Below, one piece after another: positions 25,421 through 37,583 of a stretch of 64,000 nucleotides of DNA. The notes under the pieces are model-generated. The model made no database searches, was not told the origin of the DNA, and saw only the letters and a list, made by a program, of their open reading frames with translations. The stretch is from Octopus bimaculoides (taxonomy: Eukaryota): assembly GCF_001194135.2 (NCBI RefSeq), contig NC_068984.1, positions 57,964,383-58,028,382 of the forward strand. The letters run 5' to 3'. How positions within the stretch are numbered: the stretch's first letter is position 1; every line of letters begins with the position of its first letter. Both the position numbers and the translations under genes were made by a program.

Positions 25421-25704
25421 TCAAATGTTACGTTATGAATAGCGCTTGGGGAACGAGAATTTCATAATCGCCAACATTATTATAAACAAGGAGATAATCA
25501 CTAAGCAGCTTTAATTAAATTATTCTCTCTTCTTTTCCAGTTGTCCACTGACCTACATACTTACATTATTTAATCACTGTATTTAATATTTTCCTTTTAT
25601 GTTGGATAATGGTGAATTAACAAAAGATACCAGTGTAGGTTTTATCTGGTCAGTCTTTTTTTTGTGGCCACCGTCTAGAGCAAATACCTTAGAGGAGCAT
25701 TTTG

Positions 25705-26438
25705 GGGGTTAATGCAATTTCGTACCTCTCCTTGAAAAATGCATTTTTGGGGGATTCCTACGTTTTAGTTGTCGGAGATTACGAATAGGTAAAAAAAAAA
25801 TTTAATTTCATCTGCTCCCCCCCCCATTTAAATTTTTGATTTTTGTCTATTTTCAAGGGATCGTAGCGAATTGACGAACATGTGCAAATCGAAATTAAAT
25901 ACAAAAACATTAAAGTGAAAAATATTTGCGTTTTACTTGTGATTATAATCGTAAATAATAATTTAATGCAAATTAAATATACACCATTTTATGAGAAACA
26001 ATGTTTAATAATTAGTGTTATAAAATTTATTAGGGGGCTCAAATTTCACCCCCTCTCCAATTAAACTCTTTCATCCATTTGTTTATTTATGTCTATTTAT
26101 CCATAAAATATATTTGTCAACTAAATGTGGCGATCCTATAGAAGACGGTATTACTGTTGTTTTTAGTCCCAGGAAGACATCCATCCATCTACCCACCCAC
26201 ATATTTATATGCTTATTGAATTTAAAATTTTGAAAATGTGGCTTCTTGCATATTCAGAATCTCAGTTTCGAAAAAGTTCTAAATTTTGAGGTGGAGGGGT
26301 GTGTGTGTGTGTGTGTGAAATTTTAAAAAATTCTGTTTTTGCATATTCGTAATCTCCGACATCTAAAACGTAGCATTCCAAAAAAATGTTTTAAAAAAAT
26401 GCATTTTTCAAGGAGGGGTACGAAACTGCATTAGCCCC
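25705..26438. mobile_element. ~734-bp MITE with ~90-bp imperfect TIRs and near-perfect 8-bp TSD
   Basis: GGGGTTAATGCAATTTCGTACCTCTCCTTGAAAAATGC / GCATTTTTCAAGGAGGGGTACGAAACTGCATTAGCCCC. Flanks GCATTTTG (25697-25704) and GCATTCTG (26439-26446). Confidence 0.85.
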
Positions 26439-27167
26439 GCATTCTGCCCACTCAGTACACATTTGTCAAAACCTCGTATGACAAAGTAAAGAATGCGTAC
26501 ACCCGATGTTTAGGGTTAGTGTTTTTGTTTCGCCGAAAACGGGTGGTGTACGTATTCTTTATCTCCGCCGTTTATATTCCCCTCATCCAAATTAGCGTTT
26601 ATATTGAAGGGGAACTTGAACAACTCATGGCAACGTTACTTTTTTTACATTAGAAAATATACAAAAGCAAATAGAAATTGATATAATTCGTGTCAAATTG
26701 AATTTTACGTACCGTTTTTTCATTCCCCGGACAAGACTAAGATTGTGCATCTTTCAGTTTAGGGTAACAGTATTTCTCGACAAGATTCCTTCCTTTCCAC
26801 AAAACAAAATATTCAGTTATTTAGGGAACGTAGAGAAAAAATAAATGGACACAACTGTGCCACTTCAGAAAAAATGCTACGAACTGTTGCCTATAAGAGA
26901 AGTAAGAGTGTTTGCCCCTCTTCAGCTCTTTCGATAGCCGTACATGTAAAGTGAATGTCTTTCTTCTGCAATTTCCGTGAACAGTTATATTCCTTTATCC
27001 CCCGCACCGCTGAATCGCTTATTTATGTATCATTCGTTTGTGTGTGTGTGTATGTATGTGTATATTTGTGTATCTAAGTACTCTGTGTGTGTGTATAAAT
27101 ATATACATACATGCACGTAAATACGTGTATACTTATATAAACAAATATACATATACACAAACACATA

Positions 27168-27312
27168 CGAGGGGCTACTGAAAGATTCTCAGATTCACTC
27201 ACTTATTGCAGCGGTCCTTCCGTTTTTTCAAAGTCTTGAACTCGGAAGGTGGGGCCACCAACCAGGCCTTTTACGACACCCTCAAAGCCAGTAACTTTTC
27301 AGCACTCTCTCA
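27168..27312. mobile_element. Tc1/mariner-type MITE
   Basis: TA-CGAGGGGCTACTGAAAG ... CTTTTCAGCACTCTCTCA-TA; related to 31459-31632. Confidence 0.7.
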
Positions 27313-30116
27313 TACATATATGTATACACAAAAGTGTAATAAACACAAGCAATTCAGAATATGATGAAAGAACGAAAAAATAAAAAAAGATTACGGAAAT
27401 TGCCGAACAAAAACTTTCACTTTTCATGTACAGCTATCGAAAGAACGCTAAAATCATTCTTTTCTCCATAGATACCTCTTCAAAATTTGTTTTCAAAATT
27501 CTAGTTTTGTTTCTCAAACGTCCACTTGTATAAGTCGCAGCTCCTGCAACTATTAGCAGCTTAATCCATTTTGTTGTCTGGAGGCGGGGTAGAAGAAGCG
27601 GTTAAGAAATCTGAAAACAATTTTTTTTAAAACATGTGAATTACAATTGCTTCAGAATGTGCAGTATTATAAAATGACGGATCACTTCATCACCCTCACC
27701 CCCAAACGTTTTAATTGTGACAGCTATTCCGAAGGCACGATGGAAGTGATATTTAAGAAATTTTTTTACTTTGAATTACATTTGTTTTTGATTGTGAGAT
27801 ATAGTAAATGACAAAAAAAAAAAAAAAAAAAANNNNNNNNNNNNNNNNNNNNNNNNNNNNNNNNNNNNNNNNNNNNNNNNNNNNNNNNNNNNNNNNNNNN
27901 NNNNNNNNNNNNNNNNNNNNNNNNNNNNNNNNNNNNNNNNNNNNNNNNNNNNNNNNNNNNNNNNNNNNNNNNNNNNNNNNNNNNNNNNNNNNNNNNNNNN
28001 NNNNNNNNNNNNNNNNNNNNNNNNNNNNNNNNNNNNNNNNNNNNNNNNNNNNNNNNNNNNNNNNNNNNNNNNNNNNNNNNNNNNNNNNNNNNNNNNNNNN
28101 NNNNNNNNNNNNNNNNNNNNNNNNNNNNNNNNNNNNNNNNNNNNNNNNNNNNNNNNNNNNNNNNNNNNNNNNNNNNNNNNNNNNNNNNNNNNNNNNNNNN
28201 NNNNNNNNNNNNNNNNNNNNNNNNNNNNNNNNNNNNNNNNNNNNNNNNNNNNNNNNNNNNNNNNNNNNNNNNNNNNNNNNNNNNNNNNNNNNNNNNNNNN
28301 NNNNNNNNNNNNNNNNNNNNNNNNNNNNNNNNNNNNNNNNNNNNNNNNNNNNNNNNNNNNNNNNNNNNNNNNNNNNNNNNNNNNNNNNNNNNNNNNNNNN
28401 NNNNNNNNNNTCCCGAACCAAAATAAGGGATTAGCAGCATAAAAATCAGAGTTTTTTTTTTTTTTCTTAGTGAAAACCGTGTGGGTGTTATTCTGAAAAG
28501 TTACTCTGAAAAATTACCGAAAAAACCTCTAAGAAATACATACCATTTTATTCGTGACAGCCATTCTGAATGTCTACTGAGCAGGTTTCGCAGTTAATCA
28601 GCTCATACTGTTGAATAATGTTTATCTCTCTTCTGTACGTGAACAGTATCGATTAGCTAAAGTTGTCGTGCTTGTTACTTTAAGTATATTAACACTAACT
28701 ACAGCAGCTCCTCAACACTGTTGGTAGGTTTTTCTGATAAGTAATTTTAAATAAAACAATTTTACTAATATGTCCAATGGTGTGTGTTTGGTGGTGGTGG
28801 TGGTGGTGGGGGGGACAAAATTAGTAACCTGAGTAAAATGAGTAATTTCTGGTTTCTCGTTATTTTCTCCCTACCTGTTTGAAATCATTACACTGCAAGG
28901 TTGCACCATCTTCAAGAGTATAAATTGGTCAGCATAGTTGGAGTTGAGAGAGTTTGGAATATAAGTGACTTGTACTTGTTTTTCAAGAAATTTTCTACGA
29001 CCCGATTATAATTGAAGTTGCTAATAAAATATTTGGATAATTTTTGGTGATTAACAACCAATATTCTTTTCTCAGTTGGATTCCAAGTCAACCCCACCCC
29101 ATACTAGCGTCTAATTTGATAATTTTCAGTTTTCAAAATAATGTCTAAAATGGAGTAAAATAATTTCCTCTCTTTAACTGCAGTGGTTCCTAAATAAATA
29201 TATCGAGAGCCACTCCAGCGCATAATGAAGCTACAGAGAATATTTTGTTCTAGTCGAATTTCGTTTTTCCATAACGCTCTTTCATTTGACCTACATACTT
29301 AAATTTTTGTTGCATTTCTGATCTTTCTGAAGTCTAAGGTTGGATATCGATGTGTATGATTCTGTTTTTAAATGTTGGAAAATTGAATAGGCAGATTTAC
29401 CTATCTTGGTTTACTCAATTTTATCCCAGCTAAATTTTGCTGATGAGAACGGGGATATTTTTCTGAAATAGTTAGTGTCCGGAATATGTTATAGTGCTTT
29501 TAATGCATGGCTGATATAGTTTTTGTAAAGTAGTGAACATTTGTAAAAAGTATATTTCTCAAAGCCAAAAATGCAGTAAAACCTTCTCATTGTACCCTCT
29601 ACACCTAGAGTGGAGTTACTACGACATTCCGATTTGCAAAACGTTATCAAACTTGAATAAAAACAACAAAAATAAATAAAACTCAAAACGCCTAATATTG
29701 AATATTAAATACGTGTGCTATGCATAATTTTCATTTAATACTATTTGCAATCGGTGCATTAAAGAAAAGGCTTGTATTTTGTGAATTTTAGGTAGGATCA
29801 AACACCCATAGAAGTATTCAATTTTCCCAAACCTTTTGGTTCCAAAGTCTTCTTGGATTATTGATTTTTCTCTTCGTATCAGGGTTAGCCACCGTGGTTA
29901 ACATTATCCTAAAATAAATAAATATTAAATTTACTTCAATAATTAAATGAAATACTGGTACTTGTACATTAGTGTTAATGATAAATTTATTAATAATGTA
30001 CTGTAAGGTAGCAAGCAGTATACTAGCTTTGGCAGCTGCAGGAATTTAAAAGTTTCTGCTCGTAAATTAGTACGGATTATAAGAGGTTCCCGACCTCCAC
30101 TGCCCGGGAAGTCTGT

Positions 30117-30319
30117 GTTGTAACTATATAAATTTATAAGTATTAAATACAATTTCGTTCTCTTTTTTACTTTTCATTATTTATTACAATGCAATTGCTT
30201 TCCTTAGATATTAGCGTTGTAACTATATAAATTTATAAGTATTAAATACAATTTCGTTCTCTTTTTTACTTTTCATTATTTATTACAATGCAATTGCTTT
30301 CCTTAGATATTAGCGTTGT
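30117..30319. repeat. Perfect 99-bp tandem duplication
   Basis: gttgtaactatataaattt...ttagc repeated at 30117 and 30216. Confidence 0.95.
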
Positions 30320-30829
30320 CATACCTCGTCGCATCTAGTCTCAATGCATTGCTTCACGTTGCTAATATTGTGCGTTGATATAATGAAAGTACGCTTTACG
30401 GAACTTTATTTCATTGTATTTGGTTTTATTTTATCTCCCTTAAACATTGAATTAAACCGCGAGTCATAGGGTTCGCGCGCGCTTGAGTGTGTATATTATA
30501 TCGGCGCAAGGGTCATGGCGACCTTTGACAAGAAAGATTTCGCATTCCCTTTCACGGGCCCCGACTTGTCGGTGCAGAGTTGTCTGCAAGCGGCAAGTCA
30601 ACTTGCTTGGGGGCGCCGATGAAGAGGATTTACATTGATTTTTAAATTTAATTGTATTGATTTTTGATTTTTGTATTAAAATTTTTTATTTAAAGGACAA
30701 ATTGAAATCGAGGGCTTGTTGGTCGGTGGGCGCCGACATCCCTCTCATCTTTTTCATATTTATCATTGTTTTCATTCATCTCATTTTGTTTAAGTCCAGC
30801 CCAAAAGCTTCTATCTTTGTACTGCCCTT

Positions 30830-30950
30830 GTGGCAAATTTTATGAAATAAAGAAGCTTGCTTCCCAACCACATGGTTCCGGGTTTAGTCCCACTGCGTGG
30901 CACTTTGTGAGCGGATTTGGTAGACGGAAATTGAAAGAAGCCCGTCGCTA
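30830..30950 (+). mobile_element. Internally deleted SINE, family B
   Basis: aagaagcttgcttcccaaccacatggttccggg...ggtagacggaaattgaaagaagcccgtcg. Confidence 0.8.
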
Positions 30951-31045
30951 TGTTTTTTGTTTTCATATTCGTTTTCTACACATTTTGTTACACCTTGTAG
31001 GCTGTTTTTGTTTTCGTGACGGGGGCTTAAACTCTGTGTGTGTGT

Positions 31046-31416
31046 GGAGGCGCAATGGCCCAGTGGTTAAGGCAGCGGACTCCCGGTCATAGGATCGCGG
31101 TTTCGATTCCCAGATCGGGCGTTGTGAGTGTTTATTGAGCAAAAACACCTAAAGCTCCTTACTTAGGGTCCATGTAGGCCAAAAAAAATGGTGGTGAACC
31201 CTGCTGTACTCTTTCACCACAACTTTCGCTCACTCTTTCTTCCTGTTTCTGTTGTGCCTGTAATTCAATGGGCCAGCCTTGTCACACTGTGTCACGCTGA
31301 ATATCTCCGAGAACTACGTTAAGGGTACACGTGTCTGTGGAGTGCTCAGCCACTTGCACGTTAATTTCACGAGCAGGCTGTTCCGTTGACTGGAACCCTC
31401 GACGGAGTGCCAACGA
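31046..31416 (+). mobile_element. SINE, family C (tRNA-like head)
   Basis: GGCGCAATGGCCCAGTGGTTAAGGCAGCGGACTC...GGTTTCGATTCC; body shared with 24396-24704. Confidence 0.85.
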
Positions 31417-31458
31417 TATATATACATATACACACACATACATACACACGCGCACACA

Positions 31459-31632
31459 CGAGAGGGTGCTGAAAAGTTCTTGGCTTAGGGTAAAAGAAAA
31501 TATACGAGCAGCAGTGAATTATGATTTTATCCAACATAATCCCTTCTCAGATTTACACACTTACTGCAGCGGGCCTCGTAAATGGGCCTTTTGCAATATA
31601 CTTAAAGCCAGGAACTTTTCAGCACCTCCTCA
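31459..31632. mobile_element. Tc1/mariner-type MITE
   Basis: CGAGAGGGTGCTGAAAAGTTCTTGGC ... GCCAGGAACTTTTCAGCACCTCCTCA inverted termini. Confidence 0.75.
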
Positions 31633-31644
31633 TGTGTGCCCGTC

Positions 31645-31792
31645 TCTCCTTCTCTCTCTCTCTCTATATCTATCTATCTATCTAACTATCTATCTATCTA
31701 TCTATATATATATATATTTATATATATATATATAGCTATATCTACACACACACACACACACACATACATACATACATACATACATACATACA

Positions 31793-31841
<49 letters not shown>

Positions 31842-31845
31842 TATT
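31645..31845. repeat. Compound microsatellite (CT/CTAT/TA/CA/CATA)
   Basis: Direct reading. Confidence 0.95.
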
Positions 31846-32384
31846 TTGTTTAAAAGAGTTCCAACACTGTCTGTTTTTTATGTTTTATTTATATTCCTGC
31901 AGAACCAATGTGGGGTATAGAATATGGAATATACAATATATAATATAATATACAATATATAATATAAAATNNNNNNNNNNNNNNNNNNNNNNNNNNNNNN
32001 NNNNNNNNNNNNNNNNNNNNNNNNNNNNNNNNNNNNNNNNNNNNNNNNNNNNNNNNNNNNNNNNNNNNNNNNNNNNNNNNNNNNNNNNNNNNNNNNNNNN
32101 NNNNNNNNNNNNNNNNNNNNNNNNNNNNNNNNNNNNNNNATATATATACACATCTATATATATAGTTGTATAAATATACATGTATATATATAGATGTATA
32201 TATATACATGTATACGCATAGCTGTATATGTACAGATGTATATGTATAGATATAGATGTATATGTGTAGATGTATATATATATATATATATATAGATGTA
32301 CATGTAATATGTACACATATATATATACATATATACATGCATACATATACACACCCATACACACACACACACACATATACATAG

Positions 32385-32730
32385 GTGCAGGTGTGGCTGT
32401 GTAGTAAGAAACTTGGTTCCAAAACACATGGTCCTGGATTCAGTACAACTGTGTGGTGACTTGGCATGTGTCTTCTGCTATAACCTCAGACCAACCAAAG
32501 CCTTGTGAGTGGATTTTGTAGAAAGAAACTGGAAGAAATCAATTGAATTTTTATGTATGTATATATGTAAGTGTATGTTTGTGTCTTTGTCTCTGTGTTT
32601 CTCCCTCATCGCTACTTCACAACTGGTGTTTGTTTATTTACATCCCCATAACTTACTGGTTTGACAAGAAGAAACTGATAGAATAAGTACCAGTCTTATC
32701 AAAATAAAAAAAAAGCACTAGGCAGTGTCT
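32385..32730 (+). mobile_element. Degenerate SINE, family B
   Basis: caggtgtggctgtgtagtaagaa...aaagccttgtgagtgga...gatagaataagtacc. Confidence 0.8.
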
Positions 32731-32806
32731 CATATTTTTGTTTGCCCACTCAGTTGTATCAATCAATCTATCTTTTTGTGTGTGTGTGTATATATATATA
32801 TGTATA

Positions 32807-32844
<38 letters not shown>

Positions 32845-32863
32845 GTATATGTGCATATTCATA

Positions 32864-34517
32864 TCTATTACATAAAAGTCAATGTCTTTATGTGTGTCCA
32901 TGCGTTACAATTGAAAGCTACTGCACCGATCCTAATGAAATTTGGAACACAAAATCCAAGCCTAGAGAGAAGGGTAATGCTGTGTGTTTCATACAATTTC
33001 ATGGACCAAAATTACTGAATGGATCCTTATGTTATTTGGAATTTAGATTCAATGCATAAGGGAAGGTATAATGCAATATGTTTGGTTTGAATTTGAGATG
33101 GCTTAAAGGGGGCAGAACCCCCATGAAAATTCATAAATTTTTTATGTTGATGAAATTTCAACCATGGGTAATTGACACACATCAAGAAATATTCTCAAAG
33201 TTTCCACTTCTCATGAGGATTCTAAGACCCCCCCCCCTAAATTTTAGTCATTTTTTATGATCCAAAACTTTGTCAAAAGTACTGAATGGATCTTTATAAA
33301 ATTTGGACATTATATCCTATGCATAAGGGCCATAACTCCCATGAAAATTCATATATTTTTGCTGTTGATGAAATTTCAACCATAGATATTCGACACAAAT
33401 GAAGTAATATTTCTAAAATTTCATCTTCTTAGAAGTTAGAAAAACTCCTTTATGGGGACTTAACACCCACAATTTAGTCATTTTATCTAAGCAAAGACAA
33501 ATACAGTTGTACTCTTGGAAGCTGTAATATCACTCGAGCATAAAAGGTAAGCGTTATTTGTAATTCAATAGTACAACAGTGTAAGAGTTTGCTTTGAGAT
33601 ATACTTACATTGGGATTTCTGCAATGTAGTGCATAAATTGTCCAGTAAATGAGAGGCATCTTTGCCTCCACTGATTCAGTTGCAAAGTGTTCTGTAAACT
33701 TATTTGGTTGCAGACCTCCTTTGAATCTTTTTATTATCACTGGGTCACACATAGTCCCCCAATGGTAACCTTGATTTGAAGGCCTTCCCATATGAGTGAC
33801 TGGTTATTGAAAGACATTTATAGATTGTAAATTTATTCTGTCCAGTTACCTATCAGTATAGTGGTCATTTGCAAACTCCAGAGGTGACACTTTCATTTTT
33901 CCTTAGCCCTCACATCACACAGTTGTTAATGTTTCAATTGGGTCACACCCTTCCAATTGCTATAGATCCGTAATGCATCTTACGGCTGTGTCTGTCACCT
34001 GTATGGTGAGGAATCCTACATTGGGAGTAGTAACGGCTAGAGTAGGGTAGCTGACTGCTTAATGTGATCATTCTGGTTTTCTGTAGCTTTGTTCTCTTTT
34101 ACAAACCCAGTGAACATACATATATTTCCTATTGCAAAGAAATTCAAACGATATAAGACCTAAGTTAAAAAGGTTCTCAACAATTCAACTTCTCTGGTTG
34201 ACATTAAGACACCCACCCCCAATAGGGGCCTTAACTCCCACATTTTAGAGCTCCATGACCTCAATTTTTCAGGAGCAAAATCCTTTTAACAGGTTCCATA
34301 AGAGTGGAATTTTGGAATCTATCCATAAAGATCAGTAGTATGGGATACATGTGTCATGATTAGAATTTTTTTAGCGTGTGTCAAGAGGAAAAGAACCCTC
34401 ATCTGCAATTATGATGAAATTCGAATCATAGGTATTCTAGTTCATTAGAGAAAATATAACTGAAAAGTCTAATACTTGAAATGCATGTAACACAGGCAAC
34501 GCTGGGTATCTCTGCTA

Positions 34518-34518
<1 letters not shown>
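32864..34518 (+). mobile_element. Non-autonomous Helitron-like element
   Basis: A|TC 5' end (tctattacataaaag), 3' end ggcaacgctgggtatctctgCTAG|T, internal direct repeats. Helitrons insert between A and T without a TSD. Confidence 0.7.
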
Positions 34519-34549
<31 letters not shown>

Positions 34550-34553
<4 letters not shown>

Positions 34554-35045
34554 TATATCTAGTACATATGTGGAAAATCGGTGTGAGTTTGTTTGTGGCG
34601 TTTTTTGCTAACTCCTGCTACATTGTTTTATTGATTTTGATGAAACTTGACAAGTGAGTAGAACACATGTCTGGAAACCTTTTGACATACTTACATTGTT
34701 GAATAAATCTATAATACGGCCCCTGGAAGGAACCTTTATATCTGCCTCATATAACCAATTTTTTTTGAAACACCCAAGGGGTAGAACTCATTTCATTGTT
34801 TATGTTCGATTACTCTGAATAATGACTTTTTGTGTGTCCTGTTTCCATTTTTTGCAGACAATATCACTTTTATACTTTATTTGACATGTGAGTAGAACTT
34901 CTGTCTGGAAACCTCATGACATACTTAGATTGTTGAAAAAAAAATCAATAATAGGGCCCTTCCAATGGATCCTTATTACTAATATTTTATTTAAACAACC
35001 CAGGGGAAATAACCCATACCACCTGCAGTTTTTAGCGAAGCAATC
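34550..35045 (+). mobile_element. Second Helitron/Helentron-like non-autonomous element
   Basis: gtgagtttgtttgt...tttgatgaaacttg motif and an internal ~60-bp direct repeat (34644-34700 vs 34880-34940). Confidence 0.4.
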
Positions 35046-36277
35046 AATATTTGATTTTTACGATCAGCCGACCTAATTCTGCATTTCACTACTCACAGAT
35101 TTGAACTGCTAAACATTATTGTTGCACTTCCTTAATTTCAATCTTAAACCTTAAAGACTTCATTCTTTCATTTCTATACATACCTTTTTGAATGCCCGTT
35201 ATTCCTATAATTCTGCATTATTACAATTACGCTTTTTCTATGACAGTAGATAAATTTTTTATTCCACGACGTATTTGTAGTGTCTTCATTCAGGCATAGC
35301 GTGGATTCGATCCTCGATTGCCAAATTTCAGTTAACACTTCAACGGGGATGCTGTCAATAAGTTGAAGGTTAGCAATTTACTGTGTGGTGATAATCACTC
35401 TTTGTTGACTTTCTCTGTGATAGTTTAATTTGAGTCTTATATTGGAGAAAAATGTGCAGTGACTTGAGACATGGTGATCATTTACTTAATTATGTGTGCA
35501 TTAAATATCCTAAAAATAATTTTCAAGTTTTTATATATTTCATTTTAAAGGGTATAATTTGTTTTCCATCTTGAAAAATATTTCCTTATTACTTGTTTGA
35601 CAAAACAAGTCATTGTAGTTTAAACAGTTGTAACTCTTATAATTTGGGAATGATATAATCTCCAAATTTGTTTCCTTGGAACAGTTATGTACTTGGTAAA
35701 ACAATCAAATGCATAACAATTTTATATACTGACGATATTACCTCACTAATTTAGACATTTTAGTTGTGATTTTGGCTAAAGAACCGAGGTAAAATGATTA
35801 TGAACTTCTTCAAATTACAACATGATGCCACATTGTTCTTTGACGATTAATTTGAATTTGACCTCTCATTTAAATTCAGATTACCACTTCAACATACCTG
35901 ATTTAATTAACCTCTCTTCATTATCAGTTTTTGCTGTTCATATATCATTGTAATGTAACATTGTACTGTATAACCTCTGGAGATATCTTAGTCATTAAGA
36001 CAATGGTATCTTTGAATTCTGGGTATTTTGCAAGTTTTAATATTATTTTGTCATCAGTTGCACTAATTTGATGATCTATTAAAGGAATTTCCTGTATATG
36101 CAAAAATGAGCCTGAAAGTAGTGGCCAAATGTCCCTCAAATCGCATTTTAGCATCTTAAAAAAGGAAGGGTACAGTAATACAGGAATGGCTTGCAGCTAA
36201 ACAACAACAAAACCCTTTCTAATATACAAGTGGATCTCTTTAGAACACTTGAATGGGTTTTTAAAAAAGTTCTTTTA

Positions 36278-36443
36278 AGGCTCAGGAGTGGCTGTGTGGT
36301 AAGTAGCTTGCTTACCAATCACATGGTTCCGAGTTCAGTCCCACTGTATGGCACTTTGGGCAAGTGTCTTCTACTATAGCCTTGGGCCGGCCAAAGCCTT
36401 GTGAGTGTATTTGGTAGACGGAAACTGAAAGAAGCCCGTTGCA

Positions 36444-36488
<45 letters not shown>

Positions 36489-36698
36489 GTATGTGTGTTT
36501 GTCTGTCTGTTCCCCCATCATCGCTTGACAACCGATGCTGGTGTGTTTACGTCCCCGTAACCTAGCGGTTCGGCAAAAAGAGACCAATAGAATAAGTACT
36601 AGGCTTACAAAAAATAAGTCCTGGGGTCGATTTGCTCGACTAAAGGCGGTGCTCCAGTATGGCCGCAGTCAAATGACTGAAACAAGTAAAAGAGTAAT
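36278..36698 (+). mobile_element. Full-length young SINE, family B, with internal (TA)n and 9-bp TSD
   Basis: tRNA-like head, GGGCAAGTGTC core-like segment, tail ..GACTGAAACAAGTAAAAGAG. gttctttta at 36269-36277 and 36699-36707. Confidence 0.85.
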
Positions 36699-36966
36699 GT
36701 TCTTTTATATTGATCCAGATGACTGGAATTTATATGATTTTTTTTTGCAAATGAAATTAATAAAATATTTTTAATCTCTTATTCTTAGTGATTCTATAAA
36801 TGAATAATTTTTCTTTCTCATTAATATTGGTTAAATGGTATTTAAGAAAAATGTTTGTACTGTTGTAAGACCTTGAGAGGAATGTTCTTGGGAATGTGTT
36901 CAGTTACAGTCTTTTCTTTTATCAAACATTTATTTTAAATGTCAGCACTTCGTGTTGATGATTTAA

Positions 36967-37184
36967 GCTTTTTGTTACCATATTTCTTTTGAGATACTCA
37001 GTCTTTTCTCCAATTAATTTTGAAGATAATGAGGAATATAGTAAAATTTTGTCATTATTAAATGATGTTTGGAACATAAATTAACACAAAGTTCTGATGG
37101 AAGATTTTAATTCAAGACTCTTGAAAACAAGAAGTTTGTATCACAGAGCCAGGGGTAGTCTCAGGTAGGTTGGTATCAAAAGGG
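36967..37184. mobile_element. TTAA-flanked piggyBac-type MITE
   Basis: TTAA-gctttttgttacc ... ggtatcaaaagggTTAA. Confidence 0.65.
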
Positions 37185-37583
37185 TTAAAATGTATTGGAT
37201 ACTTAGATATTCTTTAGTATTTTACTTGTTATTTTGCTTCATCTATTTGAGAGACTGATGCATTTCACTTGCAGGGTACCTCTTTTTTTGTTTTTACTTG
37301 TAGGCTATATTCATTCTAGTTTTGTTGATTTGATTAAATTTTAATTTTTGGACAAACAATATAATCTAATATTCAAAATTCTTACTGTCATGCATTATTA
37401 TTAAATTATGGACTTAACTTAATTCTTACAATGGCACAAAGGTACACAATAGTAGAGGAGGAAATATATTCAGTTTATTCAATCCTATAAAATGATTGGT
37501 ATTTATTTTTATTAACCAGAATGATGAAGTATGAAGTCAACTTTGCTAAAATTTGAATGTTTTGTTTTTTAGTTATGGCTTCA

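Noticed and set aside
31331-32467. ORFs rich in YI/HT/CV repeats (also 22315-22992, 38484-38993, 58382-58787)
   Set aside because: Translations of TA/CA/TG microsatellites; not coding.
35700-36190. Minus-strand fragments ending ..EEVHNH, reminiscent of a MULE/FLYWCH zinc finger
   Set aside because: Too many stops and no conserved Cys spacing or TIRs visible; cannot support.
7250-36698. tRNA-like heads (A/B boxes) as genuine tRNA genes
   Set aside because: No complete cloverleaf; each continues into SINE body/tail, several with TSDs.
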